Shown: positions 11,901 through 19,758 of the stretch, in pieces
Numbering within the stretch: the first letter of the stretch is position 1
How the letters are laid out: every line of letters begins with the position of its first letter
Assembly: GCA_049724395.1 (NCBI GenBank)
Contig: JAUGWO010000109.1
Coordinates: 106,368 to 126,367 of the forward strand
Origin: Spongospora subterranea f. sp. subterranea
Lineage: Eukaryota
DNA length: 20,000 bases
Direction of reading: 5' to 3'
The notes under the pieces: model-generated
The model's input: the letters and a program-made list of their open reading frames with translations, nothing else
What the model was told of the DNA's origin: nothing
Database searches by the model: none
Translations under genes and position numbers: made by a program

Positions 11901-13750
11901 TAATGCCTCAACTCTAGCCGGATCATGCCTCACACCCTCAGGAGTGAATTTTCTTCCACAGAATTTGGCCTTAATCTGGAACAATTCACACTTCTCTAAG
12001 TTGAATTTGATATCGTGTTCCTGTGCCAATTTAAGTGTCGTTTCTAACACCTGGAACCACTTCTCTTGAGTGTCTGCGTGTCCCAATATGTCATCAATCC
12101 ATATTATTAATGATTGATACAGCAGTTCCCTATATATCTCATGCATTCTAGCTTGGAACTGTGTGGCAGAATTCAGTGCTCCCTGAATGGATCTCGTTGG
12201 AGTGTAAACCCCTCGATCCGTCATAAAAGAAAACATTTCTTTGCAATCGGCGTCAAGTGACATCATCCAGAAACCTTTGAAAGCGTCTAGAGAAAACCAA
12301 TATTTGGAGCCACCCAAATGCTTGACTATTGATTCAAGAAACGGCATGGGCCATGCAGTTGCCTTGCATAGAGCGTTGACTTCTCTCAAATCAACCACCA
12401 TACGTAATCCTTTACCACCGGGTTTTCTGACCACCACAACCGGAGAGGCCCACTCACAATTGTAGTTTCATAAACCAATCCATATTTCTCCAGAAGGCTG
12501 ACAAATGTCGCCAGGAACTCACTATGTTCCTTGCTGTACCGTCGGGATTTGCACCTAACAGGTTCAACTCCTTCCCTCAGGTTCGTTACGAAAGGAGTGA
12601 CATTTGCAGGTGGATCAGGTCCCAGCGACCTTCTCCAAACAGTTTGATACTTCCATATCAACTTCCTTAGTCGACTTTGCCATTCTATAGGCAATCCGTT
12701 ATCAATAGCACGAGACATCATGTCTTCCATTGACTTCAAACTGTCTTCTGGGAAATCTTCCCCAATAATAATACATCATCATCGTTGTACAAATCCCAAT
12801 GACTGATATTATCCTCATTGTTGGCGCCTAATGTCATCTTTAGAATTAGCGACTCTAGAGCATCTTTAGGATTTATCCCCAGCTCTTTCAACAAATCTTC
12901 ACCTAGCAATATTTCATCTAATGGTGAATCCCACAGCAAACATCTCCGGTTCCGAATGATCAGTTCGCCCGTTGCTGTATACAGGGTCAGATCAGACAAC
13001 ATCTCACGTGTTGCTTCCGCCACTGTCTTATCTGGCAATATTAACTTAATTGCCTTTGCCAGTTCCTTATACCGATCTTATCATCGAGCCACTGCGCTTT
13101 CTTCGCAATGCTCATCGGTATAACTGGCGACTGGGTACCACTGTCTAATAACCCTAAAAATATCATTCCTGCAGTCGACACTCTGACACTCAACTGTTTG
13201 TCTGCAGTTGACGGTTCGTGCATTTCTGACACTTTGTAGAAATCACTACTGTTGGATCCTGTCGTAGTCCTGACATAAAGATCACCGTTCTGTTGGCTCT
13301 CTATGCTAGCAACTCCAATCCGACAAATCCTCAAATACTGTCCATCGTTGTTTGGTTTATTTTCAAACAAAACTTTCATTTTGTCTTTGTGTTTAACCAA
13401 CAACGATTCCATCTCTGTCTTCGATGGTTTCTGTGGACACTTGGACATACTATGTCCCTCCAAACCGCAGCACAAACATAAGAACTTTCCATTCTTATGC
13501 TTAACGTTTTTTTCTGACGCCGGGCGTTGTCTCACCTCGGGTTGCAGTTTCCTTGAATCTGTGGCATATCTCTAACGGCACTGTGCCGCAGTCCTCTACT
13601 GTCGCAGTTTTTCACGGAGTTTCGTTGTCTGCCGATCCCATGGTCCTGCTCTGACCTGGTCGTTCAAATCACCAATTTGTTGACCGTTGACTGTCCCTAG
13701 TCTACCCACAACCAACAGGTTTTGAATCTGTTGCTAACGTTGTCGAGTCC
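8993..13750 (-). pseudogene. gag-pol polyprotein of gypsy B (frameshifted, interrupted by SINE C)
   Basis: ORF pieces: 13041-13535 (CLCCGLEGHSMSKC, LLDSGT), 12736-13038, 12386-12739, 11838-12437 (LRMVVDLREVN, LDAFKGFW, WIDD), 10612-11676 (RNase H, integrase HH), 9852-10133 (SDQASYF, NGTVE), 9105-9836 (WRGPY) and 8993-9274 (LVKWLGFSETENSWEP, chromodomain). Confidence 0.93.
10201..10635 (+). mobile_element. SINE family C: head homologous to family A, different body, A20 tail
   Basis: Perfect 15-bp TSD TCTAGGCATTATATA at 10186-10200 and 10636-10650. Poly(A) at 10616-10635. The first ~142 nt align with the family A head. Interrupts the gypsy integrase. Confidence 0.92.
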
Positions 13751-13923
13751 ATGTGTCCATCATACATAACAGACACTATTCGTAATACACAACTATTGTA
13801 TAAATACGAATCATCCAACAATCAGTATCAACCAGTCCATGCCATTTCTGACACCCGGTGTCGTCCCTGATCTATCCTTCCCTTTGTATAAAATGACATA
13901 CATTTTCATACTAAAGAATTCTT

Positions 13924-14118
13924 TGTAATATACATCGGTATACACTGGTCAGGTGGATTACTATAGATGCTATTTACACACAATAGATGTTCCTATTCCG
14001 AGCCAATATACTCTCTGTGTATTAGATCCGATATCTGGTCCGTAAAGTCCGTCAGGAACTTCGTTGCCAGCTATATCCAATACAATAGGGTATCCTGTCG
14101 TAGGCTATAGGGTCAATA
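13924..14118 (-). repeat. 5' LTR of gypsy B (outer end deleted)
   Basis: Matches 8084-~8251, has an extra 32 bp internally, and lacks the terminal ...TATGTTACA. Confidence 0.9.
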
Positions 14119-14333
14119 CGTTCCAATGGATCTCGTCGTGTGTTAATCTACACAATAAAATACAAGACCGCCGATCGAACCTTAACGATTTATGTGAGGA
14201 TGACGTCTACCATTCCGACGACGACACCGATGACATGTGCACGTCCGCGCCAATAAACGACGGTAATCTGTACAATCAGCAATGGCGCAAAGAAATTCAG
14301 AATGAGGTTTCAATCTGGAGTGGGTATCACTAA
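14119..14333 (+). pseudogene. Harbinger transposase, C-terminal part
   Basis: FQWISSCVNLHN matches the conserved WIxxCxxLHN motif, followed by an acidic stretch and a stop at 14331-14333. Confidence 0.85.
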
Positions 14334-14342
14334 TTAAGAAAT

Positions 14343-15368
14343 TTATTTTGCAACCAAGTTCAAAAGCTGTTCAATTTCTGGAACGGATCTTCCTTGTTCA
14401 AGGAGTTTTAAAGTAAGTTCGGTGCGATCTCGGCGCATGTCTCTCGCAATGTCGGCTTCCATTTTCGATTGTTCTAGCTGGACTCGGATCCTATCTAATT
14501 CAAGTCGAGCAGCGCGATCTGCACGGTCCATCTGTTCAGCTTTGTCTTTGAGATGTCGATGTCTGTCATCGCTTTCTCGCATGTATTCCATCACAGCAGT
14601 GCTGTGCTCCAGGTATGCTCCTGAAAAATCTTTCCGAACTGGAGGTGAACGAACAGGAGGTGATGTACCGAGACGGTTTGGCATATAAACCGGTTTCGTT
14701 GTCCGACTCGGTGTCCTCATGCTGGAAGTGCTACCTGAGACGATACCCCGCTGTTGAATCCTCGCATTGTTATTTGGAGAATTTTGACCCTACTCCCTTG
14801 CACCACCTTCCAAATCATCAGCAGAATCATCGCTATCACATTGAAGCGGCGTGTCACTCGAGAAGCTGACAGAATCCTCATCTGATAAATCACCACCATA
14901 GTCACGTGGTTGAGGAAAAAAATCAGCTTCTACGCCAAGCTGAATCGTTGCAGGAGCAACGACATTGGGTCTCTTCGCCAACCAGGGCGTCTAAACTCCC
15001 AACCCGAAACAAAGGTGCTCCAGTTTTTCCGAGATGGTCGAAATCCCTCGATCTCTTTCAGTATCGCAAATACCGAAATCGGTATTCATTGACGTTTTTT
15101 TTTATTTCTTATATTTTTTGAGAATAGATGCGTACCGACTTTTAGCGGGTATGGGCGTCCCAGATCCGGCGAGGGTCCTTCGATTGCTCGTTGATATATT
15201 CCGCCAGAAATATATGCGCGCTGCTTTTTTTTACCTTTTTTCCTGATAACATCGGGCCGGACGTTTTGCCAGTGATGAGGTCAAAATTCTCCTTAACACT
15301 GAGCCAGTGTAGCATGTACCAGCATTGCTGATGTGCTGGTTTCCCAAATTGCCTGCAACGCGAACCAT
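14343..15368 (-). pseudogene. Harbinger accessory (Myb/SANT-like DNA-binding) protein, frameshifted
   Basis: Convergent to the transposase inside the TIRs. MLHWLSVKENFDLITG...LAEYIN...W...AKSRY...KKYK...FGI...EKLEHLC, followed by an acidic region and a charged coiled-coil C-terminus (ORF 14343-14720). This is the usual layout of PIF/Harbinger ORF2. Confidence 0.7.
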
Positions 15369-15563
15369 TATTGATCCGTTATCGACGTGAATAACCTCTT
15401 GAACTCAGAATCAGCTGCGGACTCCGCGAAACAAAGTAAAACCCTTCCGGAACTTTGACAACCCCCACGCGAAATTCCGAATCTTTTGCCCAGTTTCCTT
15501 ACCCAAAGAATTGAATCTTTGGGATTGCAAAGATGCGGAGTTTTCTTAACTTTGACAACCCCT

Positions 15564-15844
15564 AGTGATGGAATTTTGGAAGACCCCCCAAGGTTGCATC
15601 CAATACGGAAAAGGTAGAGTGAATGTTGAGTACGAAGGTCTGACCACGTGGCCTGAAATGAATGTGGGAGAGCGAGCTGCTTGCAGTAAACTCGGAAACT
15701 CTGGATAGGCAATGTAATCAGGTGGGGGCAAGTCCCACTCGGTGTGGTCGTTAGGACAGGTTATGTTGCTGAATCCAGCTGGTCTAACAGGTTCCTTCAA
15801 TGGATACCCAAGCTACTTGTAGCGGCCAGGCGGAAGTAGAGAAA
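15564..15844 (+). mobile_element. SINE family A, continuation of the copy begun at 6877 (3' truncated)
   Basis: Begins AGTGATGGAATTTTGG exactly where the 6877 piece stops, follows the family sequence to GGCGGAAGTAG, and lacks the tail. Confidence 0.9.
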
Positions 15845-15847
15845 TTT

Positions 15848-15884
15848 TGGATGGTTTTCTAATTTGAAATTAGAAAACCATCCA
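15848..15884. repeat. Perfect inverted repeat, 18-bp arms with 1-nt spacer
   Basis: TGGATGGTTTTCTAATTT G AAATTAGAAAACCATCCA. Confidence 0.95.
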
Positions 15885-16270
15885 GCGGAGCTAAGCTGTG
15901 CCAACATTTGTTCGACGTGGGGAAGTGCATAGCGGTTCTTAATAGTAATGACATTCAATTTCCGATAGTCGAGGCATAGACGAAGAGAGCCGTCTTTTTT
16001 CTTGACAAAGAGGACAGGAGCGCCAGCGGGTGACTGCGACGGAAGGGTGAAGCTACGGGAGAGATTGTCTTGGATATATATTTCTTAAGCGCTTCCTGTT
16101 CTCTGGGAGAGAGCCCATAAAGTCGACCGAACGGGTACCTGGTTTGAAATCGATGCAACAACTGTACGGACTGTATGGCGGAAGTTGTTTAATGCCGAGG
16201 GCGGAAGAAGAGGAAGATGAGAAGTACGATGGAGAAGTAAAAGGAGGATAAAAGGAATTCGGATCGATAG
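15867..16270 (-). pseudogene. Ty3/gypsy (Tf-like) reverse transcriptase N-terminal fragment
   Basis: QLPPYSPY...[20 protein letters not shown]...[38 protein letters not shown]...[11 protein letters not shown] across frameshifts. Confidence 0.9.
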
Positions 16271-16304
16271 AAGTATAATTTATTTGACTGTAAAATAAAA
16301 AATG

Positions 16305-16539
16305 TGTAAAGCCCTGCTTAACCTCACTCGTTACTCCTTGATCTAAGCAAATTGCAGTTCTTTCCCATCACTGCAATTGCCTTTATGCCCTCTTGACTGG
16401 TCGGGTTATCCAAGCCTATGTCCCGTTCTTCTCGTTACACTGCTTGTTTATGCCCTATTTAAAAGCCCTAACATTATCCAATAAACTTTTATTCTACTTC
16501 TTTGTCCTTTTGCTTGCCATAGCAACCCCTCCACTTACA
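16305..16539 (+). repeat. Probable 5' LTR of gypsy element D
   Basis: TGTAAAG...CTTACA termini, TATA-like TATTTAAAAG followed by AATAAA, about 40 nt upstream of a gag ATG. No partner LTR is visible. Confidence 0.5.
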
Positions 16540-16787
16540 GTTTTCTTTATTTGACTTTTTTTATATAGGTCACTTCATGCCATGGTTGTCGACCACACGC
16601 CGCCGCCTCCCCAGACCCGTTCTCAATCCATCACCGCCGTCGCATTGCAGCAAGAGCAGATGGAGCATGAGATAACTGGCATCCACACTTTGCTTCACGC
16701 CCTCCAACAAACTTGCGAACGCCTTGCCGCCCGATTCGAAGAGGCTTTCCAAAACGCCAACGCCCCGCCAACATTTCCGCCTGCCGG

Positions 16788-17712
16788 AAGCTTGGTTCCT
16801 GTCTGTCCCTGTTGGTGGCAGGCATGTCCGGGTGAGTGTTAGGCATGAGTTCGAAACCCCGTGAGTGATGGAATTTTGGGAGACCCCCCAAGGTTGCATC
16901 CAATACGGAAAAGTAGAGTGAATGTTGATCACTAAGGTCTGACCACGTGGCCTTTAATGAATGTGGGAGAGCGAGCTGCTTGCAGTAAACTCGGAAACTC
17001 TGGATAGGCAATGAAATCAGGTGGGCAGGTCCCATTCGGTGTAGTTAACTGCGGAGTTAGCCAAATGGGTGAGCTCCGTGGCTAGCAAGGCTGAGGTCCG
17101 GACTTCGATTCTTAGATGATGAGATTTCTTGGTCAGTGATGCCGAAGAGGTCAAGCATACACCTCTCTAAAAAGCTTTATTTCCTTAACGCACTAATCCG
17201 GGTAATCATGAAGTGCCGAGGAGAATAACCTCGTTAAAATAAATGGGTCTGACCACATGGCTCGGGTGAATGTGGGAGGGAGAGCTGCTTGCAGTAAAAC
17301 TCGAAAAACTCTGGAAAGACAATGTAATCGGGTGGGGGCAGGTCCCATTCGGTGTGGTCGTTAGGACAGGTTATGTTGCTTAATCCAGCTGGTTTAATAG
17401 GTTCCTTCAGTGGATACCCAAGCTACTTGTAGCGGCCAGGCGGAAGTAGGGAAAAACCTGGTAGTACACAGGATTACCCGACCCATAAGAACCCGCGAAC
17501 CTTTGTATACCATACCATACCATACCATACCCATTCGGTGTGGTCGTTAGGACAGATTATGTTGCTGAATCCAGCTGGTCTAATAGGCTCCTTCTTTGGA
17601 TACCCAAGCTATTTGTAGCGACCAGGCGGAAGTAGGGAAAGCCTGGTAGTACACAGGCTTACCCTAAAACCCATAAGAACCCGCGATCCTCTGTATACCA
17701 TACCATACCATA
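16788..17712 (+). mobile_element. SINE family A copy containing nested SINE B
   Basis: TSD CCGCCTGCC at 16777-16785 and 17713-17721, with a (CCATA)n tail. Family A sequence at 16788-17042 and 17530-17712. Confidence 0.9.
17043..17529 (+). mobile_element. SINE family B: tRNA(Ala)-like head plus family A body and (CCATA)4 tail
   Basis: TSD CCCATTCGGTGT at 17031-17042 and 17530-17541. A-box TAGCCAAATGG (17058-17068), CT-AGC-AA anticodon-like loop, GAGGTC variable loop and degenerate B-box TTCGATTC. From ~17246 it matches the family A body. Confidence 0.85.
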
Positions 17713-18317
17713 CCGCCTGCCTGTACCGATCACCAATTTGCCAAAGACATCAAGCCCTTTGCCATAATGACAGCCGCTCTGCCGACGCCCGTTATCCGCC
17801 CGGTCCAACCGTCATCCTTTTCCGGAAGCGAACGCCCACCCATTGATCCACAGGACCATTTCTTTTGCTTAGATCTGTGGCTACTCGATCAGCCGGAAGC
17901 CCGCAAGATCGCATTAGCCGCTGGAACGTTCACAGGAACGGTAAGAAAGGAATGGCGCATTCGACTCCTCACAGAAGGAGGCTTCAGTCTCGTTTCAGAG
18001 CGAAAGACTCCGCCGAACAGGCTCGCAGCCGTATTCGAAAGGCGATCCACACCAACAGGTATACAAACCTGGAATCATATTGCGAATTCTTCACCCAGAC
18101 ACAAGCCGACTTGGGAGACGGACACGATCAAGAATTGATCTCCGTATTCATAGCCGGGTTGCAAGTTCCAACTGCCGTCGTCGTGTTGAAAATCCGCCGC
18201 CCCGGCACTCTTCAGGCCGCAATTACAACTGCGTTACGCCTTAAGACAATACCATCGGAAGTTTCTCGACATTACCATGCTCATGAGCAACCGCATCGTC
18301 CCCGCGAAAATCCATCC

Positions 18318-18464
18318 TGTTAGGAAACCCATATATTCCTAACTCGCGCAGTTCAGACGCAGTTTTCGGACAAGAATTGACCAATCGAAGGTCATTCTTG
18401 TCAACACCTCTCTCAGGCATCAATAAATCGATAGTTATATCAACTGCTCTGGCTTGTTCTAACA
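18318..18464 (+). repeat. 5' LTR of element E (147 bp)
   Basis: TGTTAGGAA...TTCTAACA termini and AATAAA at 18422-18427. Interrupts the upstream gag reading frame. Confidence 0.8.
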
Positions 18465-18466
18465 GT

Positions 18467-18477
18467 TTGACAAGAAT
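18467..18477 (+). promoter_or_regulatory. Putative self-priming primer-binding site
   Basis: TTGACAAGAAT, 2 nt after the LTR, is the exact reverse complement of ATTCTTGTCAA (18394-18404) in the LTR. There is no TGG tRNA-type PBS. Confidence 0.75.
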
Positions 18478-18484
18478 TCCCTCT

Positions 18485-18740
18485 TCTCGGTTTACGTACC
18501 GTCACTTCTCGCCTCTCGGTTTACGTACCGTCACTTCTCTCCTCTCGGTTTACGTACCGTCACTTCTCGTCTCTCGGTTTACGTACCGTCACTTCTCTCC
18601 TCTCGGTTTACGTACCGTCACTTCTCTCCTCTCGGTTTACGTACCGTCACTTCTCTCCTCTCGGTTTACGTACCGTCACTTCTCTCCTCTCGGTTTACGT
18701 ACCGTCACTTCTCTCCTCTCGATTTACGTACCGCCACTTC
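18485..18740 (+). repeat. Tandem array, ~9 x 29 bp, in the 5' leader
   Basis: Unit CTCGGTTTACGTACCGTCACTTCTC[T/G]CCT. The core recurs at 18488, 18517, 18546, 18575, 18604, 18633, 18662, 18691 and 18720. Confidence 0.97.
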
Positions 18741-18750
18741 GCCCCACAAC

Positions 18751-19734
18751 ATGTCTAGCCGCGAGCGATCGGAGTCAGTTCCAGCTAGCCCGCACAACCA
18801 TCGAGGTTTTCAGGTACCGACGGAACATCCACAGTTCCGTCAGTCTGTACCTCAACCTTTGTCGCCGGAGGTCCAGGCGGTATTACAGGCGGCACTAGCT
18901 CAGCAACAGCAACAGTTTCAACGACAGTTGCAGGAACTGTCGCAACACTACCAGCAATAGCAAATTGATCAGCAGCCTCCTCAGCCAGAACCTAAGGTTC
19001 GCCTTCCGGATCCGTTTGACGGTTCCCGATGCGCCCTGCGAGGGTTCATAAACCAGATTTCAATGGTCATCAGTCGCAAACCCAGAACGTATGCGATCGA
19101 TTCCGATAAGGTGATGCTGGTGGCAGACCTCCTGAAAGGGAACGCACTGCTGTGGTTCTCGCCGCTTTTCGAACGACAAGACCCGATACTGCAAGATTTC
19201 CCTGGGTTCGTTCAAGCATTGCACGCGAGGTTTGACGACCCGAATAAGTCCACGACGGCAGCCAGACGTTTGGAAATCCTGCGCCAGGGTCGCCGACCGG
19301 TTGCCACATACGCCAGCGAGTTCCAGCTGCTGGTGGAGGACGCAGATTGGGATGGGGCCGCGGCGCAGCATCAATTTCGAAAGGGTCTTAACGAGGAGGT
19401 GAAGGATCTACTCCTGACCTGCCCAGAAGCGCCCGATTTGAACGGGCTCATTGCGACTGCCATCAGATGCGGTGACCGTCTTTTTGAACGCGAACAGGAA
19501 CGACGTGGTCGTGTTAGTTCGAATCCCCATCGTCATTCCAACGGGCCAGTTCACGACCCCATGTGCATCGATTCTGTAAGATCGACAGCCCGCCCTCGAC
19601 TCGATGAGACGGAACGGGCACGGCGCCGCGACACCGGGTCGTGCATGTATTGCGGTGACGCCGACCATCCGATAGACGACTGCCCGGCTTTAGCGCAACG
19701 CAACCGACGGTTGTCGGGAAACGCCCGTGGCTGA
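18751..19734 (+). CDS. gag: PEG10/sushi-like Gag with one in-frame TAG at 18958-18960
   Basis: ORFs 18751-18960 and 19063-19734 share a frame, joined by QIDQQPPQPEPKVRLPDPFDGS. Contains LRQGRRPVATYASEF, FRKGL and CMYCGDADHPIDDC (CCHC). Confidence 0.88.
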
Positions 19735-19758
19735 TATCTTGCGGGCATATATCAGCCA
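19716..19758 (+). promoter_or_regulatory. Programmed -1 ribosomal frameshift signal
   Basis: Slippery G GGA AAC (19716-19722) in gag phase, a 5-nt spacer, and a perfect 10-bp stem TGGCTGATAT/ATATCAGCCA. Confidence 0.88.

Larger units (their letters stand above)
8084..14118 (-). mobile_element. Ty3/gypsy element B with chromodomain integrase, near full length, degenerate
   Basis: Two LTRs (8084-8270 and 13924-14118) with a PPT next to the 3' LTR. Minus-strand domain order is CCHC knuckle, PR (LLDSGT), RT (WIDD), RNase H (FTDAS), integrase, chromodomain. Confidence 0.95.
6957..15563 (+). mobile_element. PIF/Harbinger-superfamily (Pangu-like) DNA transposon with nested insertions
   Basis: TIRs AGAGGTTGTCAAAGTTAA (6957-6974) and TTAACTTTGACAACCCCT (15546-15563), 17/18 match. 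3-bp TSD AGT at 6954-6956 and 15564-15566; removal restores the SINE A sequence. Contains a HARBI1-like transposase (+) and a convergent second ORF (-). Confidence 0.92.
16582..18317 (+). pseudogene. Retrotransposon gag (element D) interrupted by SINE A+B and truncated by element E
   Basis: Removing 16786-17721 fuses ...PPTFPPA to CTDHQFAKDIKPFAIMTAALP in frame. Gag-like PSSFSG...KIALAAGTFTG...W and, after a frameshift, LISVFIAGL...PGTLQAAITTA. Confidence 0.75.

Noticed and set aside
15848..15884. Rho-independent terminator or MITE
   Set aside because: Eukaryotic context, no U-tract or TSD, and one arm is RT coding sequence.
5358..16270. Gag-PR at 5358-6554 and RT at 15867-16270 as one element
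   Set aside because: On the minus strand the RT lies upstream of the LTR and gag, which is the wrong order, so they are separate insertions.
17051..17112. Functional tRNA gene or HDV-like ribozyme
   Set aside because: Acceptor, anticodon and T stems do not pair as a cloverleaf. A 7-bp G-U-starting helix exists, but the HDV P3/L3 (TCCNCGY) and J4/2 elements are absent.
18485..18740. CRISPR array
   Set aside because: The units are head-to-tail with no unique spacers, there are no cas genes, and the context is a eukaryotic retrotransposon.
18377..18898. 173-aa ORF with repeated peptide
   Set aside because: An artefact of translating the stop-free 29-bp tandem array.
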